63,998 nucleotides of DNA, filler included, from Globobulimina sp. (GCA_003354225.1; 15 parts of 15 records of this genome joined end to end with filler, not necessarily neighbours in it); one strand, 5' to 3'; positions 38,673-53,119 are shown, numbered from the whole stretch's first letter. Made by a program: numbers and translations. The notes: generated by a model not told the origin, from the letters alone.

Positions 38673-39083
38673 TCAAGCAAGCATCGATATGATAATTTGG
38701 GTTACATTATTTCCAAATAGTTTCTCTAAATACTGCTCTGTTAATTCGCTCGCCATATTGTTTAATTTTGTATTTAATGCAACATTATCATTTTCCATCT
38801 CTTTCAATTTACATTTTAATATTTTTATTTCATCATCTCTGTCTTTTAACATTGCCTCTATTACTTGGTTTATTACATAGTTAGTGTACATAGAGGTTTG
38901 TTTCCCATGCGTATGGCTACCTCCTCTTTCATGTATTGCCCGGTCATAGTTGTTTCTTCTGTTGGTGCTAAATTCAACTTTGCATATTTTGCAATAAAGA
39001 TAGCCATTTGGTTTATGTATATAATCAGATGGCGATAGCCATTCATTTAAAATTTTATTCACATCGTTATTTTGGTAATCCAT
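38673..39083 (-). CDS. U1/matrin-type C2H2 zinc finger + coiled-coil protein
   Basis: LYCKICKVEF...HERGGSH followed by heptad repeats. Confidence 0.6.
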   Translation of the reverse strand: MDYQNNDVNKILNEWLSPSDYIHKPNGYLYCKICKVEFSTNRRNNYDRAIHERGGSHTHGKQTSMYTNYVINQVIEAMLKDRDDEIKILKCKLKEMENDNVALNTKLNNMASELTEQYLEKLFGNNVTQIIISMLA

Positions 39084-39329
39084 AACGTACAGTTACTAAT
39101 TCACTAGAAATCCTAGACCCAAATTGCAACGACGCCACAAAAAATCACAATGGAACAATATATACCGTCCTTAGTTATATACTGGTGAGCAATATACTGC
39201 GTTTACTAAACGCCGTTTAGTGAGGAACTCGACAACTGACATCTTCTTTAAATTTCAAAGTTTTTACACTTCTTAAAACGGAAACTGCATTGTTTGGGTT
39301 TGCTTGAATTGTTTTATTATTTAATAAGA

Positions 39330-41976
39330 ATGATGCAATCCATCGTTTTGAAGATGCTTTTAATACTATTGCTCCGGAGTTCAGATGCCACAAAACGCAA
39401 ACAATTCATACCACGCACCCCAATGCCAGTATTCACAATCAACAAAATACAGATTAATTACCAGACAATAACTGGTTATTACACTGATCATTCGATTGCT
39501 GTTCTTCAATCTCAACAAAATATGCCTCCAATCCTCGTAAGTGACGACTTACTGAATTTTAGAATGGATTGGAACATTCAAATCGAATCTCTTTCTCCTG
39601 ATTGTATTTCACTACATCATCAATATCAATTTATGAACATTAATCACAGTAAGATTTTCCCAACAAACCCGCAGTATGTATCGCAAACCACTCATTCAGG
39701 TTTAGTTGAATACACATTCCCAGTCATTATCGATTTGACAGCACTGGAATATCGTCGTGAAATTAGGATCTCTCACAACCTCAAAATGATCGGAGTTGAT
39801 GGAAGTGTTACTAACTATCAAATGCGATTGCAAAATACATTTGTTTTGCAACCATCATTGATAAAACAAGTGATTTATTCCTTTGATGATGTATCAAATC
39901 CAAACATTATAACCAATCCATTTCAGTTTAGTTTGTGTTTTTTGTTTATAATTATGTGCAATCGGATATATCGGACATTTGTTTTTTTTCTCTGTTTTTC
40001 TGTTCATTTTTGCTTATGCATTTTTATAAATTATTAACTTATTTTATTATCTGATTATTTAAATAGCGAATCACCCAAAATTGTTACGATTCCAATTAAA
40101 GCAAACCTCAAATCGATGAGAACAATTTATCAGCCACGATTGGGTCATATGGAACTAATATCTCTTACACAAAATACATTAGCATTCACTGTGATGTTGC
40201 ATCCAAATGTCATGCGCCAGGTATACATTACATGAATATTTATTATTAATTAATTTTATTTTGATCAATATACAGTTTTCATGGAAACGGGGCAATTTCA
40301 AAGTAGACGCGTCGTATCAGGCCATGTTTGTTGGTGGTGCCACCAGCAAGAACTACTTGATACACCCAAATGCTTTACATTGTCGACATTCAGCTGTTTT
40401 AAATCGCGTAGACTGTTCACTGAGGCTTCACCAGCTTACAATACGTCACTCAAAGCATGCTCCAGTGCTTGGCTTCAACATTCTATATTGTATGCAATTC
40501 GCACCAACATTCAAACAAAAAATCCGATTCTATTTGGTGACACAAGGAGTTAGTGAGAGCAGTAGTGGCTGGTCAAAACAATTAAGCACTGCAAATATGC
40601 TGTTCAGTCATTATTTACGGTATGCATATAAATGGCATGATATCGAAGCTCCGGAATATATGATTGATAATAATCGTAAAGACATGTTGTTGGTGGATCG
40701 ACATTTTGCATTCAATCCGTTAAATGTCGTGTATTATTTGCAAAACATGCACACAAAGAAAGGCAACGTATGGAATTTATTGGATTTGTATCAATATCCA
40801 TTTACTTTTGAAGTTATTCATTATATGAATGAATTAGGTATCGATGAAGGAGCATTAACACAAGATTTCTTTGACAATATTTTCGTTGCATTAGCTAAGT
40901 TTATTGGCACTAATGCTGAAAATGGCGCTGTTTTGCACAGCGAAAACAGTACATTGGCACAACAGAGTGTTTTATGTTTAATGCGAAGTTGGAATTTATG
41001 TTGGAAAATGAATGAAAAATGGAAGGAAAAGTCGGGAAAACAAGCTCGTGAAACACGTGATTTTGAAGCTGTTGGTGGGTTCAATGAGGGAATTAATACA
41101 GTGAGCAATGTTGATATTGACTGCAGGTTTCATGCCAAGATTATTAATCCATTATATTTTGAAATTGCATTTGGTAAAATTGACGAATTGATTGCAAATG
41201 GAAATATTAGAAGGTTTGTGGCATACATTGCCAAATTAGAACAAGCAAATTTAGTGTCTTCGTGGTTGATTGGATTTTGTAAACAATATTTGGATGAAAC
41301 GTTGGATGCAGAACAAGAAAAAACAGTCATTACAGAATTTATGGATGGCATATATGGTGAAGACAACCATGATAAGCAAATGCCAAAAGCTCTAAACACA
41401 AAAATGAAACTAATAAGAGATTATTTATATGTTATTGAATTCAAAGGTATTATCGATATTATTTCATCGGAATTATATTTCTTTGGTTTATGGTTGGATT
41501 ATCGTCAGTTTTCAGATATTTTCTTCACTGAAACAAGTATCTCTGAACCTGACATTTGCAAACTTGTTACAATGATTCAGAATAATCAAAATTGGTTAAG
41601 CGGGAAAGAAGTTAGCAAAGATTCTCAGTTGGCATTACAAACATGTTTGACAAAGCAAATTGAGCAGCATTATTACGAGGACCCGGATACGGAATGGATT
41701 CAAACTTTACTGCAGTTTTGGACTGGGAGGAAATGGAAAATACCTGAAAAAATACAGATTGATATTCAATCAGTTGAGAATCCAGAAACTGTCGATAAAT
41801 TCGCAACATTATTAGCGTATTTACCCAAAGCTATGTCGTGTTACAATAAATTAATACTAAATGATATTTTGGTTTATTCAAATGGAGAGGGGTTCAATCG
41901 CAACGACTGTATATTTATGCATCAAGCTTTGGATATTGCTGTTCAATCAGTGCATGATGGATTTAATATGGTTTAA
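39330..41976 (+). CDS. Divergent HECT-domain E3 ligase with N-terminal signal peptide; introns 39926-40066 and 40221-40275
   Basis: C-lobe motifs LLQFWTG, LPKAMSCYNKLIL and ALDIAV...GF.. at the C-terminus; two GT-AG introns join three exons without stops. Confidence 0.75.
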
Positions 41977-42130
41977 TCAATTTAATTTAAATATAAATAA
42001 ATTTTTAAATGACATTCAACACATCACTCCCTTTGATAACTTTGTTGTTTTAAATCTGCATTTTGATTGGTTTAAAATCTTAATTGAGTTGTCATTTGAC
42101 TGAAAAAAAATCTACGCTTTGTTTGAAACC

Positions 42131-42664
42131 ATGGAGTCATTCTTTTTATATTTACTGGTAATATCATTACATATCACTTATATTAAATGCATAGTAAATA
42201 TATATATTGCAACAGATGGAGAGATATGGCATTGCAATTCGAAGCCATTAGACACTGTTTCAATATCACCTTTGTCTGCATCTGATCTGTTACGTATTAA
42301 AAAACTCGAACAAGTACAAGTTATGACCAGACACGGAACACGAACGCCCAATGCAAACATACAAGATTACTTTCCCCATAACACGCAATATTATCATTGT
42401 GATATATCCAGCATAACGGCCAGAATTAATACAAACAATAACCAATTCTTTCCACCTATATTGCAAACATTTGAATATGACAATGAATTATTATTACATT
42501 CAAACTGTGAGTCAGAACAATCGTGGCATTTTTATTACATCTCTGTTATTACATCTCTTTAAAGGAAGGCATTTTTTGTTTTATTTTAATGCAGATCGGT
42601 CCGCAAATCAATGTTGAATCTCTGCACAGTTGTCTTTGTCTCCAAATTCTAAGCTTTCAATATC
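42131..42664 (+). CDS. Secreted histidine acid phosphatase (3' partial)
   Basis: Signal peptide; LEQVQVMTRHGTRTP (RHGxRxP motif). Confidence 0.85.
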
Positions 42665-43236
42665 NNNNNNNNNNNNNNNNNNNNNNNNNNNNNNNNNNNN
42701 NNNNNNNNTTAATTAATTAANNNNNNNNNNNNNNNNNNNNNNNNNNNNNNNNNNNNNNNNNNNNAGGAAAAGAAGGATGAGAGTGAGAAAAAGTTATTAA
42801 ATAATATTATATTTAAATCACCGATTTCTGGCCATAAAAATTCAATGTCATTTGATAAAATTATTAAAAGATATAATAAGTCCTATGAGGCATATAAATG
42901 GTCGATCAGTATCAGTCAACGTAATAAAGATTGGTTAGTTATTAAATCAAATGATGATAATTCAAAACATCAAAGATATGCATCTACGAATCTTTTAAAA
43001 TCACAAAAAACATTTGATGCAACTGAACAATTCGCTTTATATACTTTTTTTGTTGAAAATATGTGAAATAGTTTATTTCTGTTGTACGTAATATAATACG
43101 TATACGTTGTTTCTTCATTTTTTTTTCCTATATTTAAACTAGTCTATAAGTTTAATTTTTTGCTGGATATAATCATATCGGTACAAAGGGCTGTTTTTTT
43201 GTGTGTGAAGTCACTCATCACTGCCCCTATTCGAGC

Positions 43237-46108
43237 ATGGCAAAAGTGTCAACTAATATTTCATTAGTGTTGTGTTTATTCATCATTTCCAACCAAATAA
43301 TACGTTTGTACTATTTTGTCATATCTGAAAAGTACCATATATTCATAATCTTATACAATTGCAATAGTGTTTACAAACAGTAACAACATAACATGTTTAA
43401 ATGATGGTTTGTGTCACGGCAAACCAATCATTTGTAACGATAACGAGCATTGCTATATATCATGCGACGAAAGAGACGCTTGTTATTATTCCATTGTTCA
43501 GTGCCCAATGAATGCTCAATGTAATATCTTTTGTGGAATGGACCGAAATTCATGCGATGACATTACGATCAACGCGACCCATTCAACATTATTACATGTC
43601 TTTTGTGCAGATAATGAATGTGACGATGCCACCTTATACTGTCCACACAATGGGCCAATGGGTACGGATCATCAATGTATTTTGCAAGGAGTGAAAGCAA
43701 TCGATCGCGTAAAACTTTACACCGAAGAAGGGTTTCATGACATCAATATAGAAAATATTGAATTGACAGAATCAACCATCTTTTGTGGTGCTGACGCACA
43801 ATATTCCTGCGCCATAAATGCAGATGAGAGTGGTTGTGAGGCATACGATGATCCAATATGTGACACCTACAGATTGCCATCAATATCACCTACATCGTCG
43901 CCAAGTTTTGCATCCTATATTATCTTACAGTGAACGCAACATTTATGTCACACAAAAAGCATTTCAACCGTCCATTGTTCCAATTATATCGCCTTCCAAA
44001 AATCCTGCGCAATATCAAGATACGTATAATGTGACAAATACTCCAATCACAGCGCCAACAAATGCACCCATTCAAATGTATAATAACGGAGATGCGAGAT
44101 TGGAGTTTTATATTTATTATAACGATACAAATGGGATTAATATGATATTTGCTAAATGGATGAAACAGGAACTATTAAACAGTTATGATGAATTTTCTGC
44201 AGTTTCATCGAAAAATGCGCAATGGAGCACTGCGGGCATACTGAATATGACATTTTGTACTGTATTCAATATGTATTATCATGACAATGATTATTGTCAA
44301 CGGTTCAAAGAATATGGATATTCTGAAAATGATCAAATTTTGATAGTTTAGTTTCATTCTAATTTCTAAACTTTGAATATGATACAAGTATAACAATATA
44401 AATATAAATATATCTATGTCTATGTATAGGAAACGGGCAGTGGATTGAATGCTGAATATGTAGCGTATGGTACATTTGGTATTTACTCCGATGAATCTAT
44501 AAATTCATTTCAATTATTTGTAATTGATACATTCACTTCATATTTATTTAAACAATCGTTTAATTTGAATATGAATGCTCGAATAAAAGCTGTTGGTTTT
44601 GAGGACCGCTTTGAAGGTATGATATTGTTGTTACATCGGTGTTTTTTTTCAATTTGCTGTTGCAAACACTTTAAATTGTAAAAAAAAACAAATGTTATTC
44701 ATGCAATATGTATACAGCCATTATGATATTGGTGCAGCCATTTGATCCAATCACAAAACAAAATTCAATTAATAGCAGACAAGCTCAGAATGCTCACGCA
44801 AATCATCTAAATGTTATATTAGGTGTATTGTTAGGAATTATCTGTGCGTTAATAACTGTTTTATCCATTTACGGAGTCCGTTATTATAATATCCGACGTA
44901 CAAAATCTTCCCAATTAAAGGGTAAAAATGGCAAATCCGGCACCAATGAAGGAATGAGTGGCATCGATAAAGAGCACAGTGAGACGCCAACCTATGGTGG
45001 TATTCTGACTCCAGACCAGACGCAATTGAGTAATAATTATTATTATGATCAACCACAACCAGGCAGTCATAGTAAATTACATAAACTACATAAAATGGAT
45101 AAGGACGATGATCCATACCAAGAAGATGATAAATTAATGGCACCGTCCCGTTTTGTAGCAAAGTTGCAAAATGGATATTTATCCACGGACAATGAGAGCG
45201 AGAATGATGAAAATGAGGAGAAGTTGCAAGTATTCTGCCCCGATGACAATCCATCCACAGACAGTAATGATAACAAATCGGTGATTTCCTCCATCATTTC
45301 GTTTGGGAAAAGAAAGCTTTCCCATTCTAAGAAAAGAAAAAGACGCAAACATCAACGTGCACGAACCATGGAGCTCCATGAAAAAAACGCATATGCAAAA
45401 AGGAAAAAAATTAAAAAACATCGACGAAAAAGAACGAGATCATTGCATTGGGGATTTACCGATAATGGCTCTGATATTCACTCGAAACATGGTGAAAATG
45501 GATCAGTGGTTGATGCGGAAGCATATTCATTGAATGCGTTGCATGTGAAAAGTCAAAGTGCCTTCACTATGAATAATAGTATGCATTCAACGGATAGTAC
45601 TTTACCCGAATTACAATTGCAATTTGCTGGGAATAGTCTGAGACAATTAGAAATCGCTAGAAATAGCAGCTTCCATTCACATAATGTTAATGTGAACCCG
45701 CAGCTGTCGAGTTCGTTTACTTTTAATTCAAATAATTGTAATGCATCGAGTCAAGGAAACAAATCGCAGAAAGTGAGTGTGGAGATTATTGATGATGATA
45801 AAACTATAAATATGAGTGATGCACAATTTATAGCGGCGTTAAGTCCCTCTATTAATTCCATCGAAGATATGTATGGTTCACCATCACCGGATGGCATACA
45901 ATGGACTGGAGGGAGAATTCCTGTGTTTCGTAATGCTGCACCTGTACAAATGCAAAGTGAGGTCACTTTAAAAAACCCGCTGTCTCCCATTCAAAATCAG
46001 GCAAATTTAGATTTAGAGCAAATTGAAATGAATATTAACGTGTTGCCGGTTATTGCGAATGAAGCGGATGAATGCGAAGATGATACAGCTACAGTAATTA
46101 TGCTATAA
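43237..46108 (+). CDS. Type I membrane protein: signal peptide, Cys-rich repeats, PT-rich stalk, TM helix, long disordered cytoplasmic tail; several short introns
   Basis: I.C....C.I.C....C repeats; PT.AP repeats; TM VILGVLLGIICALITVLSIYGV; ORF segments joinable by GT-AG introns (first at 43303-43367). Confidence 0.7.
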
Positions 46109-46397
46109 TATTACTGTTTTTAAATATATTCATATGCATTGTGCAAATATAATATTTTTTTGTTAGAGTTTATATTAAATATTTTTTTATTATTTTATTA
46201 TTGTGGGGTCTTGTTTTTTCGTACAATATTTTTTTTTGTTTTGCAGTTAATTGTCTATTTTACATTTACATTATTTTTCATTAACTATATGTACTTGGTT
46301 CCTTTGCTAGCAGTAGTACGTAGTGGGGGAACATTCAGCCAGGGTCTAAGTCTTGGTGTGGTATTGTATAAATCTAACGGTGCTATAAAAATGTAAA

Positions 46398-46886
46398 ACA
46401 TATGACTACATACATCAGTACATAGAATTTTGATCATATCTATATATGATCATATTCTGTACATCTGACTACATATATCTGTACATAGAAATTTGATCAT
46501 ATGCATAAATATATGAGCATATGATATGATCAATATGATCATGATATATGATCATAATATAATCAAACACATATTTTGCGTGTAAATCGGACATATATTT
46601 TTGTTCATATCATAGTCTAACTCAGAGTGCAAAAAGTACACTTTCCACTCATAGTCTAACTTACAAGACTCACTCGACAAAACCACATTACGCTAACTCA
46701 GACATAACTCGGGTGAGTCGCTCGCATATGCTGTATGCTTTTTTTGTTGTGATTATAGTTGTCCGATGTATGGTCATATGTATATATATATGATCAAAAT
46801 TTATATTCTATGTACATATGTATGTAGTCATATGTGCGGATATGATCATATATAAATATGATCAAATTTCTATGTACCATGATGTA
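46398..46886. mobile_element. Foldback/MITE-like element with about 110-bp modular terminal inverted repeats
   Basis: GTACATAGAA(A/T)TTTGATCATAT and CATATGACTACATACAT modules at 46398-46520 recur inverted at about 46770-46886; internal direct repeat TCATAGTCTAACT x2. Confidence 0.8.
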
Positions 46887-47039
46887 ATACAAAAATTCAA
46901 AATTTTTTGTTGAATCATTTTTTGTCGTATCGAATAATANNNNNNNNNNNNNNNNNNNNNNNNNNNNNNNNNNNNNNNNNNNNTTAATTAATTAANNNNN
47001 NNNNNNNNNNNNNNNNNNNNNNNNNNNNNNNNNNNNNNN

Positions 47040-49865
47040 TATAGATAAGATTAACGAGGAAAAAGACGTTGAAACTAATATTAATGCAATTTATATCGAT
47101 ATCGGTGTGCCAGATTATTCATTATCAATTATTGAGAAATTATTTGAAAAAAAAGTCCGAAAAAATGAAGAAAAAGAATCATATATTTGTAAATCATTCC
47201 AGTCAGAAATACCAATTTATGCTAAAAAAACAGTAATTTATGATACATTAAATATTACAGTTTATAAATATGAATGGGAATCATTCCCTGAACATCAATA
47301 TAAACATTTAATGTTACGAGCTGAAACAAATCAGTTTGTTAGGTTTTTAATAACGTGCTCATTTAATAATGTTTTCAAAGATAACATAAAATTGGCATCA
47401 GATAAAGATGAAATTATTATCACCAAATTGGCAAAATCAAAGAAGTCAAAAATTAACAGTAATGAGGCAAACAATGTTGGCAGAATTGAGCTAAAAATCA
47501 GAGTTAAACCTTATCAAAAAAGAGATTTACTGCTTGCAAAAGTTTGTGCGGATAATTATAAGTGGAGTTGGAAAGTACAACAAAGAAATACGTCAAAAAA
47601 AGACAATAATATTTATTTGAAATTGGCTGAAAAACAGTATGTATTTTTTGTTTTTCATTTATATCATAAATTGATTGTTAATGCCTCAGCTTAAGCGGAA
47701 TTAAAACAAATTATGACCAAATATATATAAAAAATGATTTACAGCAAATATCAAATGTAAAACAATTACATAATAAGCTTTTTGATGAATTAAAGGTTCC
47801 ATTTTTTATGGATATGAATTTCTTACCATTTAACGAATCAATAATGTCAATATCATTGGCACAAAATGAGAGTAAAAATAGTAATCAAGATGAAAATGAG
47901 GATAATCGCTATGTAAAATGTTTTGAAACATCATTATTTAAACGCGTAATTGATATGAAATTAACCTCAGATTATGAATCATATTTATTTTGCCCAGATA
48001 GAAAAATATCATTTAGGAATATTGAGCAAGGAAACTTACCAAATTGTGGTTTTGTTGCATCTCTGGTAAGTGTTGCACATAAAAAAGCATTATTAATTAG
48101 GAAAAATATATTTAATATTGATAACATGAATGAATTTGGAATATATACAGCAAATTTATATTTTAATGGTATTTTAACAGAGTACGTGTTGGACGATTTT
48201 ATACCATGTTATTGTTATGGACATAAACAGCCATCATTCACAAAACATGTTACAAATATAATATCAAATAAAAATAGAAAAAATAGAAAAATAAATAAAA
48301 AGAAAAGTGGAAATAAATACAATATAATATGGGTATTATTATTAGAAAAATGTATGGCAAAATTGTATGGAGGTTATGATCGTTTATCAAATATGTATGC
48401 CGTGGATGCATTTGCAATATTAACTGGATATCCAAGTGTCGAAATTGATTATGCGACAATGGATAATGCTGAAAAGCAAAGTGCAATTTGGAATAAATTA
48501 ATCAAGTTTGGAAACAATAAAAATATATTATTAACGTCGTCATGTCACCCAAAGCGAGGTCGTAAATCAATAAACGATTTATTTGGTTCGTCGTGGAAGC
48601 GCAAAAATGAATTTTTTGGTTTGTTTGCTAATAAAGACGGTCATGTTTGGAGTATAATTCGTGTCGTTGAGTATAAAACTATAAAATTAATTTGTTTACG
48701 CAATCCATGGGGTGAAACATTAGAAGATAGTTCAGCTGGCAATGGGTTACCTGGCGATCGATGGAAAGGTAAATATTCGAGATATGATACAATGTCATGG
48801 ACTAAACAATTGCTACAAGAAACCAAACCAAATTTGAAATATAATGATGGAACATTTTGGATGTCGTTGAATGATTATATGCATTATTTTTATAATTTAA
48901 GCATTTGCTATTGTTTCAATAATGATTATTCGAGGTTAGCTACAAAATGTAGTATTAAATATTGTGTATCGTCAGAGAATCAAAGTATGTTATTTCCAAA
49001 AATTATAATTGATATAAGGTTAAACGATGAGATGGATGAAAAGGTGAAGGATGAATTGGAAAATAAAGGATTAATATTAAAATGGGTTGGTATCATTCAG
49101 CAGGATGTGATGAATAAAAATAACACTTTTGATATAAAACCTACTGAATATTTAGATACATGTTTGTTTATTGGCGTTATTGATGAAAATAATAATATTA
49201 AACCAATAACATTAACTAATGTAAGCGCAGGAGCGAGAAGAATAAATTATGGTAAACAAGCATTAAATATTCGATTGAAAGCAAATAATAAATATATATT
49301 AATACCATACAGCACTGGGTTAAGACATGCTTTTTGTCCGTCTTCATCCGGATCTGATACAAATATTACAATAACTTCATTTATTTCGGGTAATAGAAAT
49401 AATGCGTATAATATTAAAATGATAAATAATGATTTTGTTAATGTACAACAAATATACGACATATTGTCAAATTATATAAAAATATCAAATGATTTCAAAA
49501 AATCAAAGAAAAATGAGAATGATTTTATATTTACAGATAAAACATTTAATGGCATGATAATTGCAGCTTGGTTCCATAAAAGAAATGATTTTAAATTTAA
49601 AACAAAAATAAAATTTAAATTAAACAATTGTTTACCTGCAGTTGGCTTCGATTACAATAATTATTTAATAAAACATAGAAAGAAATTTTTTGGCCAAAAA
49701 AATAAAAATGATCCTAATAAAGCTAAAAAATATTCGTGGACTTTTAATGTTGAGAATTATATATCAAATCAAGTGTGTTTAGTTATTATGAAAAAAATAA
49801 AAAACGAATCAAATCAATTTGGATATTCATATTCCTTCGATAATGGCAACTTTGAATCTTGCTAA
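47040..49865 (+). CDS. Calpain-family cysteine protease (5' partial); intron 47637-47689
   Basis: Catalytic triad motifs QGNLPNCGFVASL, GHVWSI and LRNPWG; WVLLLEKCMAKLYGGY; DGTFWMS. Confidence 0.92.
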
Positions 49866-49957
49866 CTGTCGAATTATGAACTGACGAATTATTATAATGC
49901 ATTTAATGTTTTATTTTTGTTGTTTTTTGGTGCTTCACTTACCACCGTACCTTGATT

Positions 49958-51193
49958 ATGACTTCGCAACTTGTAAAAGGAATAACATTCAAATCATTAA
50001 TAAAACAATTATCCAAACCTGAATTTCTATCATTTATGGGCAAAATATTTGATACCAATCAGTCTGACTTAATTTCAACCGCATTGTTTAATCATTTTAT
50101 TAATCCGCCATCAATAACTAATCCGATTGCTGACGATTTAAATAATATTAATTCAGAATTGTCACAAATTATACGAGCAAGAAAAACAAAACCAAAGCAA
50201 GTCTCAACAATAAATACTAAATTAGATGAATTACCAAAAGCATTAATTGGACATATTTCATCATTCCTTGAGCAAAAACAATATTTTCAATTTGAAAAAA
50301 CAAATAGATATCTTTTCATTGCTTGTAATTCACCGAATATGTTAAACACATTGGATTTATGTGCCAGTGCCATTTATATGGATTATTCATCAATAAATTT
50401 AGCTCGATTTGCTTCAATAAAGAACCTTAAAATCAATTTAGCTCAATTTAATGAATTCATATTACCACAATCGCTAAATGAACAATTTATTGTTAATCAA
50501 TTAGAAGATTTATACTTGGATGGACAATTTAGTAACATCAATATTGAACCTTTTATGAATCAAACTTGCATTAATGTGGCAAATATTAAATATTTACAAT
50601 TTGTTCACTTTGGTAGGGGTTTTAGTACAGACAAATTTTGGAGGTTACTAACAAAATTTAAAAATGTTGAATATCTTATATTGAGTGCTGTTGTTCTCGC
50701 ATCACGTTTTAAAAAAGAAAAATTACAAATATTATATGATTTATATCCAAATTTGAAGGGAGTTGGTGTTAATAGGGGTCGTCGGAGCTTGTATGATTTA
50801 GCCCAAACATTTGGAAATAATTTACAATTTTTATTGTATTCTTGTCGTCCACATCCTAACATTGATTTTAGTAATCTTAACTTTAGTAAATTACAACAAG
50901 TTATATTGACCACACCATCCATTAAAATAATTAATCAAATATTAAAAACAGGACAAAATATAACGAATTTTCATATTTATCCACAATATTATGTAATTTC
51001 GCCATCACCACAAGAATTAAAAACTGTTATTCCGCAAATATTTAAATGTAAATTATTACAATATTTTGGAATTGAGGTAGGTGATGCAAATTATATATCA
51101 GCATTGGATGGAATTGAGAGTGGTTTATATCATACAAAAAAATTTGACAGGATACAAATGAAAATTAGAGTTGATGCAGCCAACAATTCATAG
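49958..51193 (+). CDS. F-box-like + degenerate leucine-rich repeat protein
   Basis: LDELPKALIGHISSFL F-box-like segment followed by L..L.L repeats. Confidence 0.55.
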   Translation: MTSQLVKGITFKSLIKQLSKPEFLSFMGKIFDTNQSDLISTALFNHFINPPSITNPIADDLNNINSELSQIIRARKTKPKQVSTINTKLDELPKALIGHISSFLEQKQYFQFEKTNRYLFIACNSPNMLNTLDLCASAIYMDYSSINLARFASIKNLKINLAQFNEFILPQSLNEQFIVNQLEDLYLDGQFSNINIEPFMNQTCINVANIKYLQFVHFGRGFSTDKFWRLLTKFKNVEYLILSAVVLASRFKKEKLQILYDLYPNLKGVGVNRGRRSLYDLAQTFGNNLQFLLYSCRPHPNIDFSNLNFSKLQQVILTTPSIKIINQILKTGQNITNFHIYPQYYVISPSPQELKTVIPQIFKCKLLQYFGIEVGDANYISALDGIESGLYHTKKFDRIQMKIRVDAANNS

Positions 51194-51314
51194 ATTGATT
51201 TAAAAAGTATAATTNNNNNNNNNNNNNNNNNNNNNNNNNNNNNNNNNNNNNNNNNNNNTTAATTAATTAANNNNNNNNNNNNNNNNNNNNNNNNNNNNNN
51301 NNNNNNNNNNNNNN

Positions 51315-52578
51315 CATCCTCAAAAATGGGGAAGATTTCACCAGTCAATGCCTCCGCGTCCCAGTTGGTACTCTCTCCCGCATCCAGCAAATTATTTATC
51401 TTTTTCGACACTTCGCCATCCACTCCAACCGTCTGCAGCTCATATTTATTAAACTGATAATATGCCAACGCAGCCCACTGCCGCGTCGCTTGTTGTTTGT
51501 TGGCAGTCCAAGTCGTAAATATCGAGCTGATTAACTTACAAATATGGCTCACTGCGACTTGTTTGTCCTGCAACTTATTAATGGCAGGGATCAATTGCAT
51601 GAGCGACCACATAATAATCTCGCAGCGTTTGCTGTTGGTTTTGACTGTGTCGAATTTGTCGCATAATAAACTGATGAAGAATGATAAAGTTTTGCCGGTG
51701 ATCTTCTTGGCAAAGGCCAATATGACATACATTAAACACTCCGATTGCGGGTTGCCAACATACGCCTTGTAGTGGAACACGTGTTGGCTGATTAGACGCG
51801 CGATTTTCTGTTCTACCGAAGGGTGCGAGCCATATTTATATATAAAATCCGCGAGACAGAGACAACACTCCTTATAATTGGCCATGAAGCCATTGGTTTG
51901 CAAGGAAAACACAGCGAGTTTCTCAAAGCCTCGCCACCATTCTGAGACATCCATTTTTTTGCTGAATATCATTTTGCCGTAAGATAAGTATAGATCTTTG
52001 ACAATGATATCGTTGCCAGATTCTTGCTTCCCGTTTAGGTTTAATTTGTCGTTTTGAGCGCTCTTAATTGGATAGAAATTGTTTTTGTGTTTGGCGCAGT
52101 GCGCGAGGATGCAATGTAGATATTGTGGTTAACTATGATTTGTTGCACAGAGTTATAGACTTTGCCACCTCTTCGATCGCCAGGGTAGCGATATAAGTGT
52201 GGGAACGATAATTGCTCTGAGATGAATTTGATGACATCGTCGTCAATGTCATCCAAATGTTGCGACAATGTGAGCCATAGCTCGCCTGCTCCGAGTTTGT
52301 TTCGGTCGCGTTTTAGTTCGGCATAACATCGTTTGGCGAAGTCGCGGTTATAGCCGTAATGTTGAGCTACTCTCTCAATGTCTGGTTGTGTTATTTCGGC
52401 TTGGTTTGAGGTGATGAAATGTGAAAATAATCGCTCGATTTCGACATGACAAGTGACTGAACCGAGTGCTGGCGATTCCAAATTTGCACTGTGCATATGC
52501 TTACGCAAATCTTGGAAGCCTACTTTCTGTCGCGACGACATGGTGTTTGAACTTGCTTTTAGTGGCACAGTTTTATTT
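51315..52578 (-). CDS. Alpha-helical (HEAT/MA3-like) protein of unknown function (partial); 71-nt intron at about 52063-52133
   Basis: GTTAAC...TAAG intron joins the 175-aa and 237-aa ORFs in frame; upstream acceptor after a (GT)n tract. Confidence 0.5.
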
Positions 52579-52708
52579 AACTACAACACACACACACACA
52601 CATACATACAATTAATTTAACAACTTCCACACAACACTCACAATCCAAACTAGTTCCCCTCGCGTCCGAAGAATGACGTATAATATTATAAATTGTCAAG
52701 TTTTCTAT

Positions 52709-53119
52709 TTAATAATAAGTGAAAACAAATTTGTAATAAATACAATACAGATTATAATCTGAAACGAGAGGAAACATTATACATAAAAATACGAGAGGAA
52801 ATAATTGAACTACTTCTTGATATTCTGGTTTTTTTGTGAATCTTCCAAGTGAATATTTTAATAACCGAATCATTTCATCTTGGTTTTTCAAATAATGATA
52901 TTAAATCAATTAAAGTTGCACTGTTTTTAATTAGCGCATCTGGGTCATCCAAAATGTTTGAAATATGTTTTTTCATCTTTGAAGATATATTTATCTCAAA
53001 TTCACTGCCAGTTTTCACATATTTATTGTATAATTTATGCGCTTTTATTTTAGCTTCTTTTCAAATTGCTTCATCATTCCCCGCGGAGCAGCACTCGGCT
53101 TCGATAATAACAGATTGTG
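52709..53119 (-). pseudogene. RGS-domain pseudogene (in-frame TGA and frameshift)
   Basis: PQSVII...AI*KEAKIKAHKLYNKYVKTGSEFEINIS...LFEK, then a frame change to QDEMIRLLKYSLGRF; TGA at 53061-53063. Confidence 0.7.
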
